DNA from: an uncultured Acidobacteriota bacterium
GTDB taxonomy: Bacteria; Acidobacteriota; Polarisedimenticolia; J045
DNA length: 64,000 nt
NCBI GenBank assembly: GCA_963702425.1
Contig: CAVPCQ010000025.1
Coordinates: 1 to 64,000, forward strand
Reading direction: 5' to 3'
Under the pieces are notes generated by a model. That model saw only the letters and a program-made list of their open reading frames with translations. It made no database searches and was not told where the DNA came from. Positions 24,213 to 37,303 of this stretch are shown in pieces. Each line of letters begins with the position of its first letter. The first letter of the stretch is position 1. Position numbers and translations under genes: made by a program.

Positions 24213-24275
24213 GGGCCGCCACGGAGGGCGGCCCCTGCGGTGCGCGGGCGGGCCGCCACGGAGGGCGGCCCCTAC
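24213..24275 (-). repeat. Two GTAG-family REP-like palindromes in direct orientation
   Basis: Minus strand GTAGGGGCCGCCCTCCGTGGCGGCCC (24250-24275) and GCAGGGGCCGCCCTCCGTGGCGGCCC (24213-24238): a GTAG tetranucleotide followed by a GC hairpin. Confidence 0.75.
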
Positions 24276-25519
24276 ATGCCGTACTTCTCGATGATCCCCT
24301 TCTTGTCGAGCCCGAGGATCCCGTACTTGGCCCCGATCTTCTTGAACGCCAGGAGCGCCTGCTCCAACTGCGGGATCTCGTGGTCGGCCGACATCTGGGT
24401 CCGGATCCGGGCCTGCCCCGCCGGGACGACCGGGAAGAAGAAGCCGATCACGTAGATCCCCTCGTAGAACAGGTCGCGCGCGATGTCCTGGCTCAGCTTG
24501 GCGTTGAACAGCATGACCGGGACGATCGGGCTGTCGCCGTCCTTGATGACCAGGCCGATCTCCCTGAGCCCCTTCCTCCAGAAGTGCTGGTTGCGCTCGA
24601 GCTTGTCGCGGCGCTCGGTGCTCTGGCCGAGGATCTCCAGCACCTTGAGCGCGCCGTAGGCGATCGGCGGCGCCACCGCGTTGCTGAAGAGGTACGGCCG
24701 CGCCTTCTGCCGGCACAGCTCGACGATCTCGCGGCGGCCCGAGACGCAGCCACCGGACGCCCCGCCGAGTCCCTTGCCCAGCGTGGTCGTGATGATGTCG
24801 ATCTTCCCCAGCACGCCGAAGTGCTCGTGCGTGCCGCGGCCGGTCTTCCCGATGAAGCCCGAGGCGTGGGAGTCGTCCAGGAAGACGAGCGCGCCGTACT
24901 GCTCGGCCAGCGCGCAGATCCTGTCCATCGGCGCCAGGTCGCCGTCCATCGAGAAGACGCCGTCGGTGATGATCACCTTGACCCGCTTGTCGGCGTGCTC
25001 CTGGAGCTTGTCCTCCAGGTGGGCCATGTCGCCGTGCTTGTAGGTGTCGTGCATCGCCTTGGCCAGGCGGATCCCGTCGATGATCGAGGCGTGGACCAGC
25101 CGGTCGCTGATCATCACGTCCTCGGGGCCCAGGATCGCCTCGAAGACGCCGGCGTTGGCGTCCAGGCAGCTCGGGAAGAGGATCGTGTCCTCGGTCCCGA
25201 GGAACTCGGTCAGCTTATGCTCGAGCGTGCGGTGGACGTCCTGCGTCCCGCAGATGAAGCGGACCGAGGACATCCCGTAGCCGCGCTCGTCCAGCCCGCG
25301 GTGGGCGGCGGCGACGACCTCGGGGTGCGACGACAGGCCAAGATAGTTGTTGGAGCAGAGGTTGATCACCTCGCGCGGCGGGGCGTCGGTCGGGAACTCG
25401 ACCGAGATGTGCGAGGACTGCGGCGAGTGGATGTACCGCTCCTGCTTGAACAATCCCTTCTCCTGCAGGTCGGCCAGCGTCGCCTGCCAGGTTTCCTTGA
25501 CGGCAGCCGGGTAAGCCAT
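24272..25519 (-). CDS. Kbl-like PLP-dependent alpha-oxoamine synthase (glycine C-acetyltransferase family), operon-linked to a carrier protein
   Basis: [53 protein letters not shown] (PLP Lys), RPYLFSN, ARIRTQMSA. Confidence 0.92.
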   Translation of the reverse strand: MAYPAAVKETWQATLADLQEKGLFKQERYIHSPQSSHISVEFPTDAPPREVINLCSNNYLGLSSHPEVVAAAHRGLDERGYGMSSVRFICGTQDVHRTLEHKLTEFLGTEDTILFPSCLDANAGVFEAILGPEDVMISDRLVHASIIDGIRLAKAMHDTYKHGDMAHLEDKLQEHADKRVKVIITDGVFSMDGDLAPMDRICALAEQYGALVFLDDSHASGFIGKTGRGTHEHFGVLGKIDIITTTLGKGLGGASGGCVSGRREIVELCRQKARPYLFSNAVAPPIAYGALKVLEILGQSTERRDKLERNQHFWRKGLREIGLVIKDGDSPIVPVMLFNAKLSQDIARDLFYEGIYVIGFFFPVVPAGQARIRTQMSADHEIPQLEQALLAFKKIGAKYGILGLDKKGIIEKYGM

Positions 25520-25521
25520 GG

Positions 25522-25767
25522 CTACGCCCCCTTCTGGAACTTCTGGACCAGCGCGATGATCGAGGTGACGGAGTCGAACGCCTCGGGCGAGGCCTCCTCG
25601 TCGGGGATGCTGACCGCGTACTTCTTCTCGAGGAACCGCTTGAGGCTGACCATGCTGAAGCTGTCCACGATGCCCGACGAGATCAGCTTCGTGTTTTCGT
25701 CGAGCGGCATGTCGTCGTCGTCTTCCAGGTATTCCTTGCGGATGTAGTCCAGGATCATTTCTTTCAC
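25522..25767 (-). CDS. Acyl/peptidyl carrier protein
   Basis: 81 aa, acidic; LISSGIVDSFSMVSL phosphopantetheine-Ser motif (DltC-like carrier style); GGAGG RBS before GTG. Confidence 0.9.
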   Translation of the reverse strand: MKEMILDYIRKEYLEDDDDMPLDENTKLISSGIVDSFSMVSLKRFLEKKYAVSIPDEEASPEAFDSVTSIIALVQKFQKGA

Positions 25768-25780
25768 GTGGGCCTCCGTC

Positions 25781-27485
25781 TCAGTCGTTTTCGAGCGTGC
25801 TGGTGTCGCCGATCTCCTCGCCCCACTCCTTCGCCTTCAGCAGCCGGCGCATGATCTTGCCGCTGCGCGTCTTCGGCAGCTTGTCGACGAATTCGATCTC
25901 CTGCGGCATCGCCAGGGGCGAGAGCTTCTTGCGGATGAAGTTCATGATGTCCAGTTCCAGGTCATCGTCGGGCACGACGCCGGGGCGCAGCGCGACGAAG
26001 GCCTTGACCACCTCCATGTTCATCAGGTCAGGCTTGCCGATCGCGGCCGACTCGGCGACCGCCGGGTGCTCCAGCAGCGCGCTCTCGATCTCGAACGGCC
26101 CGACCAGGTGGCCGCCGGTGTTGATCACGTCGTCGTCGCGCCCGGTGAACCAGACGTAGCCGTCGGCGTCGAGGCTCCCGCGGTCGCCGCAGATGTACCA
26201 GCCGCCCAGGAACTTGCCGTAGTAGGTGGCGGAGTTGTTCCAATAGTGGCGCATCATGCTGGGCCAGGGCGGCCGCACCGCGATCATCCCGACGCGGCCG
26301 GGCTCGGTGATCGGCTCGCCGGTGTCGGGATCGACGATCGTCGGCCTCCAGGGCGGGGAAGGCGCGGCCCATGCTGCCCGGCTTGACCGGCATCCCGGGC
26401 AGGTTCGTGACCACGATGCAGCCGGTTTCGGTCTGCCAGAAGGTGTCGTGGAAGTCGAGCTTGAACGCTTCGCGGCCCCAGTGCACCGCTTCCGCGTTGA
26501 GCGGCTCGCCGACGCTGGCGAGGTGGCGCAGCGAGGAGAGGTCGCAGGCCCGGACCGGCTCGAGGCCGTCCTTCATCAGCATCCGGATTGCGGTCGGGGC
26601 GGTGTACCAGACCGTGATCCTGTGCTTCTCGATCGTCTTGTACCAGCGCTCGCTGGAGAACCCCGCGTCCAGCACGACCTGCGTCGCGCCCATCGACCAG
26701 GGGCCGATGATTCCGTAGCTCGTCCCGGTGACCCAGCCCGGATCGGCCGTGCACCAGTAGATGTCGTCGTCCTTGACGTCGAGGACCATCTGCGTGGTCA
26801 GGTACTGCGCCACGACGCTGCCGTGGACGTGGAGCGCCCCCTTCGGCTTGCCGGTCGTGCCGCTGGTGTAGTGCAGCACGCTCGGCGTCTCGGCGAAGGT
26901 CTTCGTCGCCGTGAAGCGCTCGAGGCGGTGGTCCTCCATCCGGAACGCGACCTCGCCCTCCTGCAGCGGCTTGCCGTCGGCGTCGTGGTCGATCACGATC
27001 ACGACCTTCAGGTCGGGCAGCTTCTCGCGGATCTTGCGGACCTTGGCCAGGTGCTTGCGCTGCGTGATCACGGCGCTCGCGCGGCTGTCCTCCATCCGAG
27101 TCAGGAGCGCGTCGGTGCCGAAGGCCGAGAACAGCGGCTCGACCACGGCGCCGGCCTTGAGGATTCCGAGGAACGAGATGTACAGCTCCGGCACCCGGTC
27201 GAGGAAGAGGCAGACGCGGTCCCGCGGCCGGACGCCCTGCTTGGCGAGGTAGTCGGCCCAGCCGTTGGAGAGGACGGAGAGGTCGCGGAAGCTGAACCGG
27301 CGCACCTCCCCGGCGTGGTTCTCATGCAAGAGCGCGGTCTTCTCGCCACGGCCCTGCTCGACGATCCGGTCGGTGCAGAGCCAGCCGATATTGACGGGGC
27401 CGTGCTCCGCGAGCCCGAGCTCGCGTCGTGCAGCATCCCAGGACGTCTTGGCGCGCAGCGATTCGTAGTCCGAGGCCGCGATCAA
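25781..27485 (-). CDS. acsA: Acetate-CoA ligase-like adenylate-forming enzyme (AcsA type); apparent frameshift near 26345
   Basis: ORFs 26028..27686 and 25781..26287 join: YTSGTTGKPKG, WCTADPGWVTGTSYG, SVGEPLN, DTFWQTETG, GRDDDVIN, LPKTRSGKIMRR. Probable TTG start at 27485 after GGAGGAGG. Confidence 0.88.
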
Positions 27486-27725
27486 ACTCCCTCCTCCCGT
27501 GCGGTAGAGCACGACCGGCACCCGGCCGCCTGGTGGGGGAGGGGACGGGCTCGCACAGTTTAACATCCCGGTAAGCCCCCCGGAAGCCGCCCCGGGCGGG
27601 CGAAACCGGCGCGAAATCCGGTCTTGCCCCGCCGCCGGAGGGTGGTCGGCGGGGCGCGCCGGGGCGACAATGGCCCGCCCTCCCATCCCCCCGGGACACT
27701 CGTCCTCGCGAGGACGCCTTCAGCG

Positions 27726-28916
27726 ATGTTCGGACACCTCAAGGACCACCTGACGACCGAGCTGTCCGCGATCCGGAGCTCCGGGCTCTGGAAGAGCGAG
27801 CGGGTCATCACCAGCCCGCAGGGGCCGGCGATCACGCTCGACAGTGGCCAGTCGGTCCTGAATTTCTGCTCCAACAACTACCTCGGGCTGTCGGGCGCGC
27901 CGTGGCTGATCGAGGCCGCCCAGGCGGTGCTCAAGGACCGCGGCTATGGCATGTCCTCCGTCCGCTTCATCTGCGGCACACAGGACATCCACCGCGAGCT
28001 GGAGCAGCGCATCGCGGAATTCGTCGGGCAGGACGACGCGATCCTCTACGCCGCGGCGTTCGACGCCAACGGCGGCGTCTTCGAGCCGCTGCTCGGCGAG
28101 GACGACGCGATCCTCGCCGACCGGCTCAACCACGCCTCGATCATCGACGGCGTCCGGCTCTGCAAGGCGCGGCGCTTCGTCTACAAGCACAACGACATGG
28201 ACGAGCTGGAGGCCAAGCTGCAGCAGGCCCGCTGGTGCCGCTTCCGGCTGATCGCCACCGACGGCGTCTTCTCGATGGACGGCGACCTCGCGCCGCTGCC
28301 CGACATCTGCGCGCTGGCCGAGCGCTACGACGCGCTGGTCATGGTCGACGACTGCCACGCCACCGGCTTCATCGGCAAGCACGGCCGCGGGACGGCCGAG
28401 CACTGGGGCGTCACGGGGCGGGTCGACATCACGACCGGGACGTTCGGCAAGGCGCTGGGCGGCGGTCAGGGCGGGTTCACCGCATCGCACCGCGAGGTCG
28501 TCGACCTGCTGCGCCAGCGCTCGCGGCCGTACCTGTTCTCCAACACGCTCGTCCCGGAGGTGGTCGGCGGCTCGCTCGCGGTGCTCAAGCGGCTGTCCGA
28601 GACGACCGCGCTGCGCGACAAGCTGGAGGCGAACACGCGCTACTTCCGCGAGCAGATCGCCGAGCTGGGCTTCGAGATCAAGCCGGGCTGGACGCCGATC
28701 ATCCCCGTCATGCTCCACGACGCGGTGCTGGCGCAGAAGGTCGCGGCCGACCTGCTCGACGAGGGGATCTACGTGATCGGCTTCTTCTACCCGGTGGTCG
28801 CAATGGGCGAGGCGCGGATCCGCGTGCAGATCTCCGCCGCGCACGAGCGCGAACACCTGGACCGCTGCCTCGCGGGCTTCGAGAAGGTGGGGCGGCGACA
28901 CGGAGTGATATCGTAG
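27726..28916 (+). CDS. kbl: 2-amino-3-ketobutyrate CoA ligase (glycine C-acetyltransferase)
   Basis: [74 protein letters not shown]; start MFGHL at 27726. Confidence 0.95.
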   Translation: MFGHLKDHLTTELSAIRSSGLWKSERVITSPQGPAITLDSGQSVLNFCSNNYLGLSGAPWLIEAAQAVLKDRGYGMSSVRFICGTQDIHRELEQRIAEFVGQDDAILYAAAFDANGGVFEPLLGEDDAILADRLNHASIIDGVRLCKARRFVYKHNDMDELEAKLQQARWCRFRLIATDGVFSMDGDLAPLPDICALAERYDALVMVDDCHATGFIGKHGRGTAEHWGVTGRVDITTGTFGKALGGGQGGFTASHREVVDLLRQRSRPYLFSNTLVPEVVGGSLAVLKRLSETTALRDKLEANTRYFREQIAELGFEIKPGWTPIIPVMLHDAVLAQKVAADLLDEGIYVIGFFYPVVAMGEARIRVQISAAHEREHLDRCLAGFEKVGRRHGVIS

Positions 28917-28942
28917 GGCGCGATGGACGCGGGAGATCACGC

Positions 28943-29620
28943 GTGAGCCTGCTCGCCTCGGCCTGGGCCGCCTGCCGGGCGCTGAGCGCCCGGGTGCGCG
29001 GCGGTGCGGACGCCGTCGGAACGGCCGGAGCAGCGCCGAACCGGGGCGACGCGGAGTCCGCCTCCGACGACCGCGTGCCGACCGACTTCGACGAGATCGA
29101 GCGCCTGCTCCTCGCCTCCGAAAAACACGCCCCGGCCGACCGCCGCGTCGCGGACGGGATGGTCTGGCTGGCCGGGCAGCGCGCCGAGGCCGGCCAGCTC
29201 GAGGAGGCCTACCGCCTGCTCCACCGCGCGATCGCGATCCGCGAGCGCGCCGGACGCCAGGGGGGGCGCGGGATCACCCGCACGATGGAGGCGCTGTCGA
29301 GCGTCGCGGCCCAGATGAGACGCTACGACGAGGCGCTCGAGATGCGGCGCCGGACGCTGCGCAACCGGGAGAAGATCCACGGCCCAAACCACCCCGAGGT
29401 CGCCTACGGGCTGGCCCAGCTGTCGAACCTCCTGTGGGAGATGGGACAGACCCGTGCCGCGTGGGAGTGCCACCGCGGCGCGATCGACATGGTGCGCGAG
29501 GCCCCGGTCGGCCAGATCCCGGCGGAGCTGCGCGAGGCGTTGCGGGACTTCCCGGGCCGCAACGGCGACGGGCGCCCGCACCCGCCGCGGATGCCGCGCT
29601 CCGAGATCGGCCTCAACTGA
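28943..29620 (+). CDS. TPR-repeat protein (kinesin-light-chain-like repeats)
   Basis: 3' part of ORF 27902..29620 from GTG 28943: EEAYRLLHRAIAIRE, YDEALEMRRRTLRNREKIHGPNHPEVAYGL. Confidence 0.75.
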   Translation: MSLLASAWAACRALSARVRGGADAVGTAGAAPNRGDAESASDDRVPTDFDEIERLLLASEKHAPADRRVADGMVWLAGQRAEAGQLEEAYRLLHRAIAIRERAGRQGGRGITRTMEALSSVAAQMRRYDEALEMRRRTLRNREKIHGPNHPEVAYGLAQLSNLLWEMGQTRAAWECHRGAIDMVREAPVGQIPAELREALRDFPGRNGDGRPHPPRMPRSEIGLN

Positions 29621-29776
29621 CGGCAGGCGCAGCCCCGGCGTAGTCTCGTGCCCAGGAGCGCCCCCCCCGAGCGACCGGCGAAGCCTGGGCCGCTAGCCTG
29701 CCGGCGCGGTTCGGCGTACCTTCCGGCGGTCTCGAGCGCCCGCCGGGGGAGCGCCGAAGACGGAAGCGCCCGGATC

Positions 29777-31421
29777 GTGACCATTCCGCTACATGCCAGG
29801 CTCTCGAAGCGAAACACCCTCATCGCCCTGGCGTGGGTGGCGAGCGGGAGTGTCCTGCTCGCCGGAGCGGCCCCCCCGAGACGGTCGTCGTCGGCGACCG
29901 GACCGTGATCGTCGAGAAGGAACTCCCTTCCGCCGCGGCGTCCGCGCTGTCCGTGAACGATGCCCTCCGCGAGGCGAGCCGCGCGCGCCCGCGCGTCGCC
30001 CCGCGCCTTGCCGACTGGCTCGAGCGGGCCGCGCCCGGCGAGCGGACCGTGATCCTGCGCGTCGATCCGGAGGCCGGACTGGATGCTCGTCGAGGTCGAT
30101 CGCGCGGAGGCCGCGGAACTTGCGCGTGTCGCCGGCCCCGACACCCGGCTCGAGCTGCTCGCCGAGCGCGAGCCGGCGCTGCGCTGGGTGCGTCCGACGC
30201 TGGGTATTCCGCGCGCCTGGAAGATCGCCGGCCACGGCGAAGGGGTGAGGGTCGGCCTAGTCGAGATCGGCGGGCTCGGCCGCACGACCGACACGGTGAT
30301 TCCGTTCCTGCGCTACGGCGGCTGCGCCGACACGTGGCACGCCACGATGGTCGGCGGCGTGATCGCCCTGCGCCCGGCTGCGACGTGGAACCGCTGGTTA
30401 CGAAGGGATCGCGTCGTCCGTACGACTGCTCGATGCCGGCGCCTGCTCGGCCCGTGACCACGACCTATTCGCCGCGATCGACTGGGCGCTGGCGCAGGGT
30501 GCGACGGTGCTGAACCTCTCGTGGGGTGCGCCGACCGGCGGCGCCTACGACGCGGCCGCCACCCTCGTCGACGAGATCGCCTGGAGCCGGGGCACGCTGA
30601 TCGTCGCGGCGGCAGGGAACGACAGCGCGTCGGTCTGGTCGCCGGCGCTCGCGCACAGCGCACTGGCGGTCGGAGCGACCGACGATCGCGACACCGAAAC
30701 GGTGCGCGACGACGCGCTCGCGGGCTTCTCGTCCTGGATCGATCCGCGGAGCGGGAGCGCGAAACCAGAGCTGCTGGCGCCCGGGGAGGACGTGGTCACG
30801 GCGGCTCCCGGGTTCCAGGCGATGGCCCGCGCGACCGGCACCTCGGTCGCCGCGCCCGCGGTGACCGCCACGGCGGCGCTGCTGCTCGGCGCGCGTCCCG
30901 ACCTCGCGGGCCACGGTCCGGCCGTTCGGGCGCTGCTGCTCGCCTCGGCGGGGCTCCAGCCCGGCGCTGGCGATGCCGATCGCAGCCCCGGAGATCGCGC
31001 GGGCGAGGGCTACCCGCGAGCCGAGATCGCGGCGGAGAGCGCGAGCGCCGGGCGCTATGGCTGGCAGGAACTGAGGTCCGGCGATGCCGGCACGAAGCGC
31101 ACGCTGGCGACCCTGCGCCTGCGGCGCGGCCAGAAGGTCCGGGCCGCGATCGCGTGGGACCAGCCGGGGAGGTACCACGCCGCCGGCCTCGGTGCGATGG
31201 CCGACGTGGATCTCGCCCTGCTGGCGCCGAACGGCGCCGTCGTCGCCGAGAGCCGCGCGGCGGCAGGCGCCTACGAAGCGCTCACGGCCCGGGCGCCGGT
31301 CGGCGGCTACTACCGGCTGGTGGCGACCGTCTTCCGCCACGACACCCTGGATCGCGAGGGGCAGCTCCCCGGGCGCACGCCGCTCGGCTGGGCCTGGGCG
31401 ATCATCCCCTCGGTCCGGTAA
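29777..31421 (+). CDS. Secreted S8-family peptidase with a divergent triad; several apparent frameshifts
   Basis: Pieces in successive frames: signal-like LIALAWVASGSVLLAG, GEGVRVGLVE, WHATMVGGVI, VLNLSWG, VAAAGND, KPELLAPG, TGTSVAAP, and a C-terminal PPC-like ADVDLAL. Confidence 0.7.
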
Positions 31422-31493
31422 CCGGCTGCCCGGCCCCCTGCGGCGCCGGGGTGGGTTACCTTACGCACCGGGACGTTCCGGTGCGGAGAGCCG

Positions 31494-32762
31494 ATGGACC
31501 GACACGATAGCCCGAGCCGCCTGCGGGTCGAGGACTTCGAGCGCCTGCTCGACGTCACGCGCGCGCTCGCCCACGAGCTGGATCTCGACGCCCTCCTGAC
31601 CCACATCGTCGACGCGGCGCGGGCGCTGCTGGATGCCGAGCGCGGCAGCGTCTTCCTCTACGACGCGAAGACCGGCGAGCTGTACACGAAGGTCGCCACC
31701 GGCAGCGGCCAGATCCGCGTCCCCCCGGGCCGCGGGATCGTTGGCGAGTGCGCCCAGACGCGGGCCGTGATCAACGTGCCCGACTGCTACGCTGACTCGC
31801 GCTTCGACCGCAGCTTCGACCAGCGCACCGGCTTCCGCACGCGCTGCCTCCTGACGGTGCCGCTCGTCGGCCACGACGAGGCGCTGGTCGGCGTGATGCA
31901 GGTCCTGAACCGGCGGGGCGGGTCGTTCGGCCAGCAGGACCAGCGCGTCGCGACCGCGCTCGCCGCGCAGTGCGCCGTCGCGCTCCAGCGCAGCCACATG
32001 CTGGAGGAACTGCTCGAGAAGCAGAAGATGGAGCGCGAGCTGCAGGTCGCGCGCGAGATCCAGCTGCGGTTCCTGCCGCAGAAGATGCCCGACCTGCCGC
32101 CCTACGAGTTCGCGGGGTGGATGCGCCCCGCCGACGAGACCGGCGGCGACGTCTTCGACACGATCCCGGCCGGCGACCGGCGGGTGGCGCTGCTGCTGGG
32201 CGACGCCACCGGCCACGGGATCGGTCCGGCGCTGAGCGTGACGCAGGTGCGGTCGATGCTGCGCATCGCGCTCCGCCTCGGCGCCAGCCTCGAGGCATCC
32301 TTCAAGAACATCAACGACCAGCTCGCGGCCGATCTTTCGAGCAACCGCTTCGTGACCGCCTTCCTGGGCGTACTCGACGCGGACGCGCACGAGATGCGCT
32401 TCCACAGCGCCGGCCAGTCCCCGGTCCTGCACCTGGTCGCGGCGACCGGCGAAATACGCGAGCTGCCGACGACCGCGCTGCCGCTCGGGATGTTCGCCGG
32501 GTTCCCGGTGCCCGACCCGCCCCGGATCGAGCTGGCGCCGGGCGACATCGTCGCCCTGATCACCGACGGCGTCTTCGAGCGCGAGGCGGAGGGCGGGGAG
32601 CTGTTCGGCACCGAGCGCGTATCGGCGCTGCTGCTCGAGCACCGCGCGGCCCCGCTGGAGGAGATCATCGGTGTCGTCGTGGCCGCCGCAGATGCTTTCG
32701 GTGGGACCAGTCCGCAGGCCGACGACATGACGCTGCTGCTGGTCCGCCGCGGCGAGGGCTGA
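31494..32762 (+). CDS. GAF + SpoIIE/PP2C serine phosphatase (RsbU-like)
   Basis: GAF domain (ERGSVFL..FDQRTGFRTRCLLTVPL..GVMQVLN); PP2C motifs TGGDVFD, GDATGHG, ITDGVFE, ADDMTLL. Confidence 0.93.
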   Translation: MDRHDSPSRLRVEDFERLLDVTRALAHELDLDALLTHIVDAARALLDAERGSVFLYDAKTGELYTKVATGSGQIRVPPGRGIVGECAQTRAVINVPDCYADSRFDRSFDQRTGFRTRCLLTVPLVGHDEALVGVMQVLNRRGGSFGQQDQRVATALAAQCAVALQRSHMLEELLEKQKMERELQVAREIQLRFLPQKMPDLPPYEFAGWMRPADETGGDVFDTIPAGDRRVALLLGDATGHGIGPALSVTQVRSMLRIALRLGASLEASFKNINDQLAADLSSNRFVTAFLGVLDADAHEMRFHSAGQSPVLHLVAATGEIRELPTTALPLGMFAGFPVPDPPRIELAPGDIVALITDGVFEREAEGGELFGTERVSALLLEHRAAPLEEIIGVVVAAADAFGGTSPQADDMTLLLVRRGEG

Positions 32763-32766
32763 GCGG

Positions 32767-33603
32767 TCAGAACGGGATCTCGTCCCCTTCGCGTGCCAGC
32801 GACGTGTTGGGGAACTCCGCCCGGGCCAGCGCCAGGATCTGCTCCAGCTCGTCGTCCGTGTGCTCCGGGTGGTGGTGGAACAGCACGAGGTTCTTCACCC
32901 GCGCCGTGCGCGCCAGCGCCACGGCGGCGTACCACGTGCTGTGCCCCCAGCCGCGGCGCAGGCTCTCGTACTCCGACGGGATGTAGGTCGCGTCGTAGAT
33001 CAGGTGGTCCGCGTCCTCGCAGAAGACGTTCAGCGCCGCGTCGACCGCGGCGTCGCCGTGCTCGTGGTCGGTGGCGAAGATGACGCGCCGCCCGGCATGG
33101 TCGAGGCGAAAGGCGTTCGAGCCGTCCGGGTGATTCAGCGGCAGCGTACTCACCGTGACGTCGCGGATCGTGAACGGACGCCCGTCGATCTCGACGTATT
33201 CCAGCATCGCCGGCGAGCCGGCGAGCGCGACGGGGAACCAGGGCGGCTGGATCAGTTGCTCGAGCGTGTCGCGGAGGCTCATCCGGTGGGGCGCGCAGCC
33301 GCGCACGACGATCCGGCTGTGGCCATCGTAAAGCGGCATGAACAGCGGCAGCCCTTCGATGTGGTCGAAGTGGTAGTGCGAGAAGAGCAGGTGGACCGTC
33401 GTCGGCTTCCCGGCGCGCTCGGCGCGGATCGCGGCCCCGAGGTGCCGCAGGCCGGTCCCTCCGTCCAGGACCAGGTACTCGTCCTCGGCGAGCCGGGCGG
33501 CCAGGCAGATCGTGTTCCCGCCGTAGCGCAGCCGGTCCGCCGCGGGAGTCGCCACGGTCCCCCGGACCCCCCAGAAACGAAGCCCATAACTGGAAGCGCT
33601 CAC
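32767..33603 (-). CDS. MBL-fold metallohydrolase (putative cyclic-nucleotide phosphodiesterase)
   Basis: FWGVRGT..RYGGNT, LDGGTG, SHYHFDHIEG, LNHP, TDHE, GWGHST, LFHHHPEH; probable GTG start at 33603. Confidence 0.88.
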   Translation of the reverse strand: MSASSYGLRFWGVRGTVATPAADRLRYGGNTICLAARLAEDEYLVLDGGTGLRHLGAAIRAERAGKPTTVHLLFSHYHFDHIEGLPLFMPLYDGHSRIVVRGCAPHRMSLRDTLEQLIQPPWFPVALAGSPAMLEYVEIDGRPFTIRDVTVSTLPLNHPDGSNAFRLDHAGRRVIFATDHEHGDAAVDAALNVFCEDADHLIYDATYIPSEYESLRRGWGHSTWYAAVALARTARVKNLVLFHHHPEHTDDELEQILALARAEFPNTSLAREGDEIPF

Positions 33604-33877
33604 CGGTCCCTCGTCCGCCGGCGGTCGCTCGTCGCCGGACAGCTCACGGATTCTAGCCCGACCCGACGCCATCGCCCTCGCCTGCTGGTCCGGCCTGGCG
33701 TTGCCAGCGGCCAGAACCTCGCTCAGGTCAGCAAGATAACAAGTAACTGAGCTCTAGCTAACTTTGCCGACACGGTAAACTAGCCTCAATATAGGGTTAG
33801 CGGAAGCGTATGCTCTTCCGCGTTCGGAAGGTCCCGGAACGGGGGACGAAGAGTCCGTGCGAGGGAGGGGCGGGACC

Positions 33878-37302
<3,425 letters not shown>

Positions 37303-37303
<1 letters not shown>

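Noticed and set aside
27486-27725. Glycine riboswitch between acsA and kbl
   Set aside because: No recognisable glycine-aptamer motifs on either strand.
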